Below, in pieces: positions 51,505-61,720 of a stretch of DNA of 64,000 bases (within the stretch, counting starts at the first letter, position 1; each line of letters opens with the position of its first letter). The notes beneath the pieces were generated by a model that saw only the letters and a program-made list of their open reading frames with translations, searched no databases and was not told the origin of the DNA. The stretch comes from an uncultured archaeon. GTDB taxonomy: Archaea > Hadarchaeota > Hadarchaeia > Hadarchaeales > WYZ-LMO6. Both the position numbers and the translations under genes were made by a program. The stretch covers positions 32,001-96,000 of the forward strand of contig CALJER010000008.1 in assembly GCA_938074535.1 (NCBI GenBank). The letters run 5' to 3'.

Positions 51505-52728
51505 GTGAACTTTGAACTCACGGAAGAGCAATCGATATTCAGAAAAACCCTTCGGGAGTTTCTGGACAAAGAAATTTCCCCCATCGCGGACAAAAGGGAC
51601 AGAAAGGGGCCCCTCACAAAGGAAGAGGTAATAGGATTTTACAAAAAGTTCAAGGAGATAGGACTGGGCTTCGACCCGGCGACGGCGAGAGTTTGGCTGA
51701 AGGACCCAATGTTCTTTGGGATTGCCGCGGAAGAGATAAGTCGCGTCTGGGCCAGCCTGTTCGCGGTTTGGGCGTACCAGATCTTTGCCTCCCTTGCTCC
51801 CCTAGCTTCTGAGGAAAGCGCGGAAAGGTTGGCTTCTAAACTGGAGAGGGCAGAGCTCGTCGGCTGCATGGCCGTGACCGAGCCAGGAGCCGGCTCCGAC
51901 ACCTCCAAACTCCAGACCACTGCGACCCTGGAAGGAGATCATTATGTCATCCAGGGAAGAAAGTGCTGGATAACCAACGCTCCCATAGCCGACGTGGCTC
52001 TGGTCGCGGCAACCGAAAAGGATACTGGAATGCAGAACTTTTTCTTCATCGATCGGGAAGTTTCCCCCTTCGAAACGACCGAATTACATAAAATAGGTTG
52101 GAGAGCCGCGCCCACGGGCGAGATGTTTTTTGATAACTGCCGGGTACCCAAGGAGAACGCTTTAACGGAGATGCTCTCCAAAGCCTTCACGGAGAGGGAG
52201 GAGATGAGGCCCCCCCTCTTCGACCCAGAATCCGGGATAATGAAGTTGGCCACGAAAATTAAACCCCTGAGCGCCATCTTTTGCTTCATGCGGACGGGGA
52301 TGGCGCTGCAGGCGACAGGGATTTCGCAGGCGGCTCTGGACGCCTCGATGAAATACGCAAAGGAGAGAACTCAGTTCGGCAAACCTATCGGGAAGTTCCA
52401 GCTCGTTCAGGAGCTACTTTATGAAATGACCGCCATAACGGAGTCCTCACGCCTTCTCGCATACCGGGCTTTGGATGTAGCGTGGAGGGGAGACCCCGAG
52501 GCGAGAAAGTGGTCTTCTTTGGCCAAATGTTACGCCTGTGAGGGCTGCATCAAAGTGACTTACAATGCGATACAGCTCCACGGCGGGATAGGTCTCTCGG
52601 AGGAACTTCCGCTGGAGAGATACTTCCGGGATGCCAGGATAATGACCATCGGTGACGGCACCACCGAAATTCAAAAAATGATCGTGGGGCGCGAACTCCT
52701 GGGCAAGGGATTCTCGGCCTACGCCTAG
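51505..52728 (+). CDS. Acyl-CoA dehydrogenase
   Basis: AVTEPGAGSD, KCWITN, R.QFGKPIG.FQ, HGGIG, TIGDGTTEIQ. Confidence 0.93.
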   Translation: MNFELTEEQSIFRKTLREFLDKEISPIADKRDRKGPLTKEEVIGFYKKFKEIGLGFDPATARVWLKDPMFFGIAAEEISRVWASLFAVWAYQIFASLAPLASEESAERLASKLERAELVGCMAVTEPGAGSDTSKLQTTATLEGDHYVIQGRKCWITNAPIADVALVAATEKDTGMQNFFFIDREVSPFETTELHKIGWRAAPTGEMFFDNCRVPKENALTEMLSKAFTEREEMRPPLFDPESGIMKLATKIKPLSAIFCFMRTGMALQATGISQAALDASMKYAKERTQFGKPIGKFQLVQELLYEMTAITESSRLLAYRALDVAWRGDPEARKWSSLAKCYACEGCIKVTYNAIQLHGGIGLSEELPLERYFRDARIMTIGDGTTEIQKMIVGRELLGKGFSAYA

Positions 52729-52741
52729 AAGCATCACCCGT

Positions 52742-53662
52742 TCATTTGCTGGACGGTCGGGGCAGGCTGAAAAAGAAAGTCCCTTCCCTTTTCACCACCT
52801 TTACCCTTCTTTCATTCTGCAGTTTAACGAGGTGGGCCAGGACAGAATTGTATGTAAAATACGGAAATCCCCCCTCCGGATAGACCGAGTTGACGAGCTC
52901 CGAAAGGTCTTTCTCACCCTCCCCCAGAATTTCCAGCAACTTTTGTTCCGTCCTGAATTTTTGCTGAAGGATCCCGTCTATTCTCTTGTGGACCTCCCCC
53001 ACCTCCCCACCATGTGAAAGAAAGGCCTTGTCTATCCTCAGCTTTTTTAGACGCTGGAGCGATTCCAAGAATTCCTCCAGGCTGCCCTGTAGGCACCCTA
53101 CGAAGGGCGTCCCCCTGACCGTGATCATGTCCCCGGCGAATATGGTGCGGCTCTCCCCTTCGTAAAGACAAATGTGCCCCGGTGCATGACCGGGCGTGTG
53201 AAGAACTTTTAGGGAGAGGTCAGCCGCTCCAATGGAGTCTCCTTCCCTCAATCTCATGTCGACCTTTGCCGTCTTCACTTTCTCGTAAATGGAAGCTCGC
53301 ATTCTGGCATGATCCGCGATTATGCCAGGCATCTCGCTCAGCACTTCCTCTGGTGGGAGCTGTTTTTTCATGTCCTCTATCAAAGGCGCGGCTACTTCAT
53401 GCGCCGCTATCTTAACCCCGGCTCTCTCCTTTATGGAGGCGTTCCCACCGAAATGGTCGATATGCTCATGGGTGTTCACGATCATGGAGACGTCGCTCAA
53501 ATCGAACCCTATTTCCTCCAATTGAGAGGAGAGTTCTCCCACCGATTCCTCATATCCGCTGTCTATCAAAACCGGCGTTTCGCTCTCTACTAAGAAGGCA
53601 TTTACCCTCTGCAGACCCGGGAAGCTTGGCTCGAGCGATATCGTGTGTACGCGCAGCCCCAT
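52742..53662 (-). CDS. MBL-fold metallo-hydrolase with C-terminal winged helix
   Basis: THEHIDHFGG, TPGHAPGH, AGD, SHG. Confidence 0.9.
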   Translation of the reverse strand: MGLRVHTISLEPSFPGLQRVNAFLVESETPVLIDSGYEESVGELSSQLEEIGFDLSDVSMIVNTHEHIDHFGGNASIKERAGVKIAAHEVAAPLIEDMKKQLPPEEVLSEMPGIIADHARMRASIYEKVKTAKVDMRLREGDSIGAADLSLKVLHTPGHAPGHICLYEGESRTIFAGDMITVRGTPFVGCLQGSLEEFLESLQRLKKLRIDKAFLSHGGEVGEVHKRIDGILQQKFRTEQKLLEILGEGEKDLSELVNSVYPEGGFPYFTYNSVLAHLVKLQNERRVKVVKREGTFFFSLPRPSSK

Positions 53663-53718
53663 CTCGGACTCACCACTTTTCTTCTCACCGCTACTTAAAT
53701 TTGCGGACAGGATCGGGA

Positions 53719-53734
53719 AGAAAAGCTTTTTATA
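53719..53734 (+). promoter_or_regulatory. BRE-TATA promoter
   Basis: AGAAAAGCTTTTTATA about 21 bp upstream of GTG 53755. Confidence 0.6.
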
Positions 53735-53754
53735 CTGCGGGGCCCGGGAAAAAT

Positions 53755-54831
53755 GTGATAAAAACCAGACTTTGTGACCTCCTGGAAATAAAACACCCCA
53801 TCATCCAAGGGGGCATGGGGCCCTTCCAAACGAACAAGCTAGCAGTTGCGGTTGCAAACGCCGGAGCGCTCGGGGTTATAAGCACCAGCGGAATCGTGCT
53901 CAAGAGCATGGGCGTGGATCTAGGCCCCCTTGCACCCGAAGGGGGTGACCCCTACGAGGTGTTGAGAAGAATCATCCACCAAACCGTGGAAGCCACGGAA
54001 GAGCACGGAAAAATCGGAATAAACGTGATGGTCTCGGCCGAAATGATGGACGCTGCGAGGGAGCTCGTACGGGCCGCCGTCGACGCCAGGGGCGAGAACC
54101 CCTCGGTCCAAAAAAAGCTGAAGGCGATAATCACCTCGGCGGGTGACCCTCTGCCCTGGACCGACGTGATAAAGCCCTCCGGCCTCACATGGCTGCACGT
54201 AGTTCCCTCGGTTCGCGCGGCCAAAAGGTGTGAAAAGGCGGGAGTAGACGTGATAATAGCCTCGGGACAAGAGGGAGGGGGACACACCGCTTGGGAGCCG
54301 GTTCACTCGATGGTTTTGATCCCAGCTGTCGTCGAGGCCGTCAAAACTCCAGTGGTAGGGGCGGGAGGATTCGCGGACGGGGCTTCCCTGGTAGCGGCTT
54401 TGGCCCTGGGGGCTGTGGGAGTCCAGATGGGTACAAGATTCGTAGCGACCAAGGAAGCCGACTTCGTGCAGATGTGGAAGGAAAGAATAGTGAAAAGTGG
54501 GGAAAGAGACACGATCATCGCAAGGGGTTTTGTGGGACCCTTGAGGTATCTGAAGAATAAGGCCTCCGTCGAACTCGCTGAACAGACGCTGGAAAAAATT
54601 CCCAACCTGTTTTTGGGGCGTCCGGACGTCTCCCTGGATCCCGAAATCCTCAGCAAAGAGCTTGAGGGAACCATGGCCCTCCTGGGGGATGATGATGAGA
54701 GGGCCCTGTTTTACGGCGGGGAGGTCGCGGGGAGGATATCCGACATACCCACCGCCAGGGAACTCATTGAGAGGATAGTGAGAGAAGCGGAAGAAATTTT
54801 GAGGGAAATGCCAAAAAAATTCCTGAGATAG
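53755..54831 (+). CDS. Nitronate monooxygenase/FabK-like flavoprotein
   Basis: HPIIQGGM, SGQEGGGH, AGGFADG, GVQMGTRF. Confidence 0.9.
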   Translation: MIKTRLCDLLEIKHPIIQGGMGPFQTNKLAVAVANAGALGVISTSGIVLKSMGVDLGPLAPEGGDPYEVLRRIIHQTVEATEEHGKIGINVMVSAEMMDAARELVRAAVDARGENPSVQKKLKAIITSAGDPLPWTDVIKPSGLTWLHVVPSVRAAKRCEKAGVDVIIASGQEGGGHTAWEPVHSMVLIPAVVEAVKTPVVGAGGFADGASLVAALALGAVGVQMGTRFVATKEADFVQMWKERIVKSGERDTIIARGFVGPLRYLKNKASVELAEQTLEKIPNLFLGRPDVSLDPEILSKELEGTMALLGDDDERALFYGGEVAGRISDIPTARELIERIVREAEEILREMPKKFLR

Positions 54832-54951
54832 ACGGGGCAGGATACTCGGCTACCCACGTCTGGTCCATCCGGCTCGACGCCGATTCGAGAGCGGATGCTG
54901 GCAGGATGGTTCCGTAGAAATGCTTATACGCTTCCCCTGCAGGATTTTTTG

Positions 54952-55875
54952 ATGGAGAAACTGATCATCACCGCGGCAGTGACCGGGGGGGAGTTTGTTT
55001 CCAAGCTGCAAACCGAATATGTTCCCTGCACTGTGGACGAAATAGTTGAGGAAGTTATCAGGTGCAGGAAGGCGGGCGCCTCGGTGGTTCACCTGCATGC
55101 CAAAGATCCCGAAACCGGCAGACCCCATCCGGATCCCAATTCAGTTTTTCCGGAATACATCAGAAGAATAAGGGAAAGCGAGGCTTCGGACATCATAATC
55201 AATGTGACTACGGGTGGGGGAAGGCCCCTTCCTAGAGAGATGGCCGAGCTGTTCGGTATCGAGCAAAAGTACACCCCAGAGGAGTATGAGAGGATGGTGG
55301 ACAAGTGGATGGAGGAGCGAATGAAGTTCGGTCAAGAGATGTCCTCGCTCAACATGGGATCGATAAACATCTGGGAGGACATGGGGCTGGAGCCCCTGAG
55401 GGACTTCGTGTTCAGCAACCCCATCTCCAGAATCGAGCGATGGGCAAAATACATGTACGAGAACAACGTAAAACCAGAACTCGAGATTTACGACACGGGC
55501 ATGATAAACACGGCCAAAGCCTTGGTGAGGGAGGGAAAACTGAAGGAGCCTTTACATGTCCAGTTCGTCCTCGCCGGGGGGATGAGCTGTATGTCGCCAA
55601 CGCCGAAAACTCTGTTGTACTGTGTTGAAAGCATTCCCCAGAACTGGACCTGGTCGGTTTGTGCGACCGGAAGATATGAGATGGAGATGGGAACACTGGC
55701 AGTTATCCTCGGCGGCCACGTGAGGGTCGGGATGGAGGACAACATATACCTGGAGAAAGGAGTCCTCGCAAAAAGCAACGCTGAACTCGTTGCCAAGATC
55801 GCTCGGATAGCCAAGGAACTTGGAAGAGAAACAGCCACTCCCGACGAGGCAAGGAAAATTCTGGGCTTGAGATAA
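54952..55875 (+). CDS. Beta-keto acid cleavage enzyme (Kce/DUF849)
   Basis: IITAAVTG, VHLHA, TTGG, SLNMGS, KPELEIYD, GGHVRVGMED. Confidence 0.93.
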   Translation: MEKLIITAAVTGGEFVSKLQTEYVPCTVDEIVEEVIRCRKAGASVVHLHAKDPETGRPHPDPNSVFPEYIRRIRESEASDIIINVTTGGGRPLPREMAELFGIEQKYTPEEYERMVDKWMEERMKFGQEMSSLNMGSINIWEDMGLEPLRDFVFSNPISRIERWAKYMYENNVKPELEIYDTGMINTAKALVREGKLKEPLHVQFVLAGGMSCMSPTPKTLLYCVESIPQNWTWSVCATGRYEMEMGTLAVILGGHVRVGMEDNIYLEKGVLAKSNAELVAKIARIAKELGRETATPDEARKILGLR

Positions 55876-55968
55876 CTGCCCGGAAAGCAGGCGCGGATCC
55901 CGAAGGACCGTTCAGCGATGGCTCCCCAGCCCCGGGCGGTGCGGACCTGGAAAGAGGTTCAACCTGCT

Positions 55969-57147
55969 CTATGTCCTGTAACTCTTCGGCATGCCCAGAA
56001 CATGCTCCGCGATGAAGTTCAGAGCCATCTGCTGGGTAACCGGGGCCAGGCGAAGCAGGTTGATCTCCCTCCACCACCTCTCCAGATCCATTTCCTTCGC
56101 GTATCCGTAACCCCCAAAAATCTGCATGGCCCAATAAACGGCCTTGATTCCCGCCTCAACGGCGACCGCCTTCGCCATATTTGCCGCGGCACCCACTTCC
56201 AACCTATGAGCCTCCCTGTCAAAAAGCCAAGAGGCCTTGAAATTCATCAGCCTCGCACACTCCAGGGTGGCGAAGGCCTCGGCGAGGGGGAACTGGAGTC
56301 CCTGATAGCTTCCGATCGGATCCTCAAACACCCTCCTCTGCTTTGAGTATTCCACGGCCTTGTTGATCGCAAGCCTGGCCGTACCTATCGCCGCGGCGGT
56401 GAAGCTCATTCTCTCGGCGTTTAGGGTATCGAGCAGGATGTACCATCCACCGTGGAGGGGGGGAATCAGGGCATCCTCCGGGAGCCTGAGGTTGTCTATC
56501 TGTACCTCGCAGGTCTCCGAGTAGTTTATCCCATGCTTGGGTATCGGGCTTATCCTCACCGCCTCGTTCGGAAGGTCTGCCAGGAAGAGACTTATTCCAT
56601 GGGCCTTCTCCCTCTCCCTCGGCGCGGTTCTGGCCACTATGAGCATACCTCCCGCCCGGTCGGCGCCGCTGATGAAAATCTTGCTGCCGTTGATCACCCA
56701 CTCTCCGCCCCCCTTGAGCGCCCTCGTCTTGGTGGCCAGGGTGTTGGTTCCCGCCTCAGGTTCGGTCAGAGCCATGCAAAACTCCATTTCACCCCTCGCC
56801 AGCCTCGGAAGATACTTCCTCTTCTGCCCCTCCGTCCCGTGCCTCACTATCGTCAGGGCCCCGAAGACCTCCGTGAGGATCAGGTACCACGCCCCGCCCA
56901 TGCCGCAGCCATTCGCCGCCAGTTCTTCCATCACTATGAGGAGCTCCGTCATCCCCAGGCCCAGTCCGCCGTACTCCTCTGGGACCACTATTCCCATGAA
57001 GCCTCTCTCGCCTATCTCCCTCAGGAATTCCTCCCCCACTTCCCCCCTCTCCTCCTTCCTCCTCCAGTATTCGGGGGGGAAACGCCTGGCTACCTCCCTG
57101 GCGGCATCTGCGAGCATCTTCTGCTGCTCGGTAAGCTCGAAATTCAC
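55969..57147 (-). CDS. Acyl-CoA dehydrogenase
   Basis: ALTEPEAG, KIFIS, LNAER, FGGYGY, RLAPVTQQM. Confidence 0.93.
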   Translation of the reverse strand: MNFELTEQQKMLADAAREVARRFPPEYWRRKEERGEVGEEFLREIGERGFMGIVVPEEYGGLGLGMTELLIVMEELAANGCGMGGAWYLILTEVFGALTIVRHGTEGQKRKYLPRLARGEMEFCMALTEPEAGTNTLATKTRALKGGGEWVINGSKIFISGADRAGGMLIVARTAPREREKAHGISLFLADLPNEAVRISPIPKHGINYSETCEVQIDNLRLPEDALIPPLHGGWYILLDTLNAERMSFTAAAIGTARLAINKAVEYSKQRRVFEDPIGSYQGLQFPLAEAFATLECARLMNFKASWLFDREAHRLEVGAAANMAKAVAVEAGIKAVYWAMQIFGGYGYAKEMDLERWWREINLLRLAPVTQQMALNFIAEHVLGMPKSYRT

Positions 57148-57148
57148 C

Positions 57149-57886
57149 TCATTCCCCCGGGGCTTCCCACCTCTTCATCACCATCTCCCTCGTTATCCCG
57201 AATCTCTCCTGCAAGAACTCGTAGGTTTTTTCCAGGTCCCTTCTGAGATCCTCCATAGCCTTGGCATCGGCGTGAAGACAAGACCACTTGGGTGGCTCCT
57301 GCCCGGGGACGGGGACGGCGTAGATGTCCATGAGCTCCCCCTTCCTCTCCTCCCTGAACTTTATGCGGACCCTCTGCCCCACCCACACGTGGGTGGGGGA
57401 AGTCAGGATCTGGATGGGCAGAGCTGTGTGGGCACCATCGATCTGAACGTATCCCAGCACGAAGGGAAGATGCTCCAGAAAGGCCTCGGCCGAGAAGAGC
57501 ATGATGGAGAAGGTGTGGACCTTCCCGCTGGGGGGAAGCTCGACCCACTCGGTCGGCTGCGCCTTGCAACTAGGGTTCCAGCAGTGGGCCCGGGCAGGAC
57601 AGTAAACCGTCCCGCAGCGGGGGCATCTGGTGCCGTAAAGCTTCCCCTCTATCAATCCCCTGAAGAACTTTGAGACCTTGCCTAGGCTGTGGTGATAGAG
57701 GACACCGTGGGGGCGGTAAACGACCATGAACTCCTCCTCCCTTTCCTCCCCCACCTTGGTGTTTCCTGCGGGACCCCTTATTATCCGGTATCCCCTGGGC
57801 CTCCAGTTCCCCCTTCTCGCGTACTCCTCCCACTCCCTCAGCACTTCCAAGACCCTGTCCTCCACCACCTTTTCCCTTTCCCCCAC
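57149..57886 (-). CDS. DUF35 zinc-ribbon/OB-fold protein with N- and C-terminal extensions
   Basis: CPRC..VYCPAR.HC...C; GKVHTFS; GQRVRIKF. Confidence 0.85.
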   Translation of the reverse strand: MGEREKVVEDRVLEVLREWEEYARRGNWRPRGYRIIRGPAGNTKVGEEREEEFMVVYRPHGVLYHHSLGKVSKFFRGLIEGKLYGTRCPRCGTVYCPARAHCWNPSCKAQPTEWVELPPSGKVHTFSIMLFSAEAFLEHLPFVLGYVQIDGAHTALPIQILTSPTHVWVGQRVRIKFREERKGELMDIYAVPVPGQEPPKWSCLHADAKAMEDLRRDLEKTYEFLQERFGITREMVMKRWEAPGE

Positions 57887-57890
57887 TCCC

Positions 57891-59171
57891 TCACCTCGAA
57901 AAGACGATAACTCCTCCCTGGCAGCCCGTGCCGCCGTGACCAGTGAGGAGGGCCTTCTCAGCTCCGGAAACCTGCAGCTTCGGATCCCCGAATTTTTCCG
58001 GTATTCTCTCCGCTAGCTCCCAGTAGAGGAAGAGGGTCTGGAGCAGGCTGGTGGCCCCCACCGGATGGGCAAAGGCCGTGAGGCCACCGCTGAGCTGGCA
58101 GGGCAGCTCCCCCCCTCTCATCACCGTTCCCTCCCTAACCATGGTTTTTCCCTCCCCTCTGGGACACCACAGAAGGTCCTCATACAAACAGAGCTCAACC
58201 CCGTCATAGGGCGCGAAGAGTTCGGCGAGGTCGAGTTCCCGCACGGGGTGGGTGATACCGGCCCTCCTGTACGCCTGCCTGGCGGCCTCCCTCGCAAAAC
58301 CGAAATTGGCCATCTCCGGGTAGGGCGTCAAAGGCCTCTCCACGAAGCTGGGGTACCTCTCCTCGTCCTCCGGGTATGCACCCTTGTAGGGCCAGTCCAC
58401 CAGCCTGTCCCCCGGCCTCATGGAATCCGTTCCGAGTCCTACCCCTTCTATCCACATCGGCGCATCCGAATACTTCCTGGCCACCTTTTCCGAAGCCAGG
58501 AGGAGGACCGCGGCCCCCTCGCTTATCAGGGCACAGTTCCATCTCCGGTAAGGCCAGGCGACGATCCTGTCCTTGAAGTAATCATCCAGCGTCACATAGC
58601 TCGTACCGTGCTCGGATCTCCACTGAGAGTACGGATTGTGGACGGCGTTGTTCCTGTTCCTGACCGCCAACCTTCCCAGATCTTCCACGGTTTCGCCGTA
58701 GAGCTGCATGTGCCTCACCTCGAGCGCTGCATAATACCCGTTGTAGTACCCGCCCACGGTGAAATCCCAGTCGGTGTCCGAAGCCGCGGCGATGAACTCG
58801 TTGGTGGTAGCGGTGTCCACCTCGGACATCCACTCCCAACCTACTACCAGAATGAGGTCGTACTCTCCGGATTTTATCAGGAAATACGCATTTATCAGGG
58901 CATCGAGGGGAGTGCTCCCCCCCGCCTCCACCCTGTACCCGGGCTTCCTGTGATGCCCTATATAGTCCTGGACTATCCAGCTCATGCAGAGCTGCTGATT
59001 CAGGTGGTCGCTGAAGTAGGAACACTGAACGAATTCTATGTCCCTGGGATCCAGCTCTGGAACCTCCTCGAGCAACATCCTGTAGGCCTCCGCCACGCCC
59101 TCTTCAGCGACCTCGTAGCGAACCCTATCGGGCCTGAAGAGGCCCCCTCCCACCACCGCCACCTTGGTCAT
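57891..59171 (-). CDS. SCP2-type thiolase-fold protein
   Basis: RVEAGGST (no Cys), NAVHNPY, ISEGAA, SGGLTAFAHPVGAT, GHGG. Confidence 0.85.
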   Translation of the reverse strand: MTKVAVVGGGLFRPDRVRYEVAEEGVAEAYRMLLEEVPELDPRDIEFVQCSYFSDHLNQQLCMSWIVQDYIGHHRKPGYRVEAGGSTPLDALINAYFLIKSGEYDLILVVGWEWMSEVDTATTNEFIAAASDTDWDFTVGGYYNGYYAALEVRHMQLYGETVEDLGRLAVRNRNNAVHNPYSQWRSEHGTSYVTLDDYFKDRIVAWPYRRWNCALISEGAAVLLLASEKVARKYSDAPMWIEGVGLGTDSMRPGDRLVDWPYKGAYPEDEERYPSFVERPLTPYPEMANFGFAREAARQAYRRAGITHPVRELDLAELFAPYDGVELCLYEDLLWCPRGEGKTMVREGTVMRGGELPCQLSGGLTAFAHPVGATSLLQTLFLYWELAERIPEKFGDPKLQVSGAEKALLTGHGGTGCQGGVIVFSR

Positions 59172-59397
59172 CTCGCCCTTTTTCCTTCGGAGTGTATTAA
59201 GCTTTTTGACTCATGCATTAAAACTGGACTTAAAACACCTTGAAGGTGAAATAAAAAGCAGAGGAACTAGCCCTGCATGAGCTAGCCGGATTTCGACCTC
59301 ACGCCCTTGCCTCCACGCTTGGTCAAAGTGGTAGAGAACAAAGCATGGCGAAACAGCTAATAAATACGAGAGCTCAACACCCAAATGGTGGAATACG

Positions 59398-61362
59398 GTG
59401 AGAAAGCCTCTTTGGACACCGTCGCAAGAACGCGTAGAAAGGGCTAACATAACCTCCTTTATAGAATTTGTAGAAAGAAAACACGGTTTAAAAACAGCCT
59501 CCTACCATGAACTGTATAAATGGTCTATAGAAAACATCCCCAGTTTCTGGGAATGTGTGTGGGAATTCGCTCAAATAAAAGCTTCCCACCGATATGAAGT
59601 GATAGTCGACGATCTAAGCAAGTTTCCGGGAGCAAGATGGTTTGTCGGGGCCCGCCTCAACTTTGCAGAAAACCTCCTGAAACACAGAGACGACCATCTT
59701 GCCTTCATATTCAGGAATGAGAGCCAAAAAACAAAAAGGCTAACCTACAGGCAGCTCTACGATTCGGTGGCCCGCTTGGCGAAACGGTTGCGCGAAATCG
59801 GAATTGGTCCAGGAGACCGCATAGCCGCTTACATGCCCAACATCCCCGAAACTCCAATTGCCATGCTTGCGGCGGCAAGTGTTGGCGCCATATGGTCTTC
59901 ATGCGGAACGGAATTGGGTCCCAGCGCCGTCGTAGAGCGCCTGGGCCAAATAAACCCCAAAGTACTGTTTGCTGTCGATGGCTATCCGTACAGGGGAAGA
60001 ACCTTTGATGTTTTGACCAATATTGAAAAGATTGTGAAAGGAGTACCTTCCCTTGAAAAAGTTGTCGTGGTCCCGTACACAGCAGAAAAGCCCAACCTTG
60101 CGAATGTTCCCAAATCGATAAACTATGAGGAGTTTACATCCGCCGAAGAAAAAAGTGGGATCAAATTCGAACAGCTGCCGGCTGAACACCCACTCTACAT
60201 AATGTTTTCCTCAGGGACTACCGGCAAGCCAAAATGCATGGTTCAGAGCGCCGCGGGAGTCCTCATCAACCACCTCAAAGAGCTAGTCCTCCACACGGAC
60301 TTAAAACGTGAGGACAGGATTTTCTATATAACCTCTCCGAGCTGGATGATGTGGAACTGGCTGATGAGCTCCTTGGCCGTTGGCGCCACTATCATATTGT
60401 ATGATGGCAACCCAAATTATCCGGACTGGGGCGCCATGTGGAAGCTTGTCCAGGAGGAGAAAATAACAATTTTCGGATGCAGCGCCAGCTACATAAACCA
60501 TCTAAGGAGTGTGGGCGCCAAACCGGGAAAAGTTTATGACCTATCCTCCCTGCGTGAGATCTCCCAAACTGGGTCGCCACTCTCAGCTGAAGGCTTTGAG
60601 TACGCCTACAGAGAAATCAAGGAGGACCTGCACTTCAACTCCATTTCAGGAGGAACGGACATAAACGGCTGCTTCGCCGCCGGAACACCCATCCAACCAG
60701 TGTACGCTGGAGAACTGCAAGGTCCGGCGTTGGGGATGAAAGTTAAAGCTTATGATGAAAAAGGCAACGAGGTGGTCGATCGCGAAGGAGAGCTTGTCTG
60801 CGAAGCCCCTGCACCGTCCATGCCGCTTTATTTCTGGAACGATCCAGACGGCAAAAAATACAAGGAAGCCTACTTTAGCTTCTACCCAAACGTTTGGCGG
60901 CACGGTGACTTGATTCTGATCCACAGCGACACGGGGGGAATAACCTTCCTCGGACGCTCAGACTTTACGCTGAAACCCTCAGGCGTGCGCATAGGGCCGG
61001 CAGAAATCTACAGCGTGGTAGAAAAAATTGAGGGAATTGCCGACTGCATCGCTGTTGGACAGGACTGGAAAGGTGACCAACGCATAATTCTATTCGTAAA
61101 GCTTGCTCCACAGTTTAAGTTAACCGAGGAGTTGAAAAACAAGATTAAAAAGGTCCTAAGGGAGGAAGCTTCTCCAAGACACGTTCCGGCGTTGATCATC
61201 GAAGTGCCGGACATTCCATATACTTTCAACATGAAAAAAGTCGAAAGTGCAGTTTCAAACATAATAAACGGTAGGGCAGTTACGAATAGGGATGCCTTAA
61301 TCAATCCGGAGTCGCTTGACTTCTTTGAAAAAATTCTCCCGGAGCTTCAAAAAGAACAGTGA
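59398..61362 (+). CDS. Acetoacetate--CoA ligase
   Basis: PLWTPS, WF.GARLNFAEN, FSSGTTGKPKC, WMMWNWL, SISGGTD, WRHGD, KKVE.AV. Confidence 0.93.
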   Translation: MRKPLWTPSQERVERANITSFIEFVERKHGLKTASYHELYKWSIENIPSFWECVWEFAQIKASHRYEVIVDDLSKFPGARWFVGARLNFAENLLKHRDDHLAFIFRNESQKTKRLTYRQLYDSVARLAKRLREIGIGPGDRIAAYMPNIPETPIAMLAAASVGAIWSSCGTELGPSAVVERLGQINPKVLFAVDGYPYRGRTFDVLTNIEKIVKGVPSLEKVVVVPYTAEKPNLANVPKSINYEEFTSAEEKSGIKFEQLPAEHPLYIMFSSGTTGKPKCMVQSAAGVLINHLKELVLHTDLKREDRIFYITSPSWMMWNWLMSSLAVGATIILYDGNPNYPDWGAMWKLVQEEKITIFGCSASYINHLRSVGAKPGKVYDLSSLREISQTGSPLSAEGFEYAYREIKEDLHFNSISGGTDINGCFAAGTPIQPVYAGELQGPALGMKVKAYDEKGNEVVDREGELVCEAPAPSMPLYFWNDPDGKKYKEAYFSFYPNVWRHGDLILIHSDTGGITFLGRSDFTLKPSGVRIGPAEIYSVVEKIEGIADCIAVGQDWKGDQRIILFVKLAPQFKLTEELKNKIKKVLREEASPRHVPALIIEVPDIPYTFNMKKVESAVSNIINGRAVTNRDALINPESLDFFEKILPELQKEQ

Positions 61363-61720
61363 GCTGAAATAGCTTCCCTTAAATCCGTCTGGCTTGAAAA
61401 ACCCCGGCAATATCCCTTAGGGAACTAATCCCGCGCCCGCCCTCATGCCAAGTATGGGCTTCCAAATCCTCAAATCTCAGATCCTGCACTTTCAAAATCC
61501 TCTTGATGAAGCGCGAGATACCCGCGAAAAGCTGGACTTTGACGGAGGGGGGCCTACCCAAAAGGCACTCACCGCAAAGGATGGTCAAGCGACCGGGCAC
61601 ACGAATTCGGGAGAAATTTCGGGCTTTGGGGGCCCCTCCGGGGGATGAAGGAAGCCCGACCCCAAGAAAACCTCAGAACCCCGGACGGGCTGGACAGCAA
61701 GGGGTAGTGGGGGGAAGCGA

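Noticed and set aside
55876-55968. Several tiny GAAA/CGAA-capped stems between convergent genes
   Set aside because: Stems are only 3-5 bp in GC-rich DNA, compatible with chance
61363-61720. Short ORFs or an ncRNA at the island's right edge
   Set aside because: Three overlapping short ORFs with no convincing motif and no clear fold; possibly a decayed remnant
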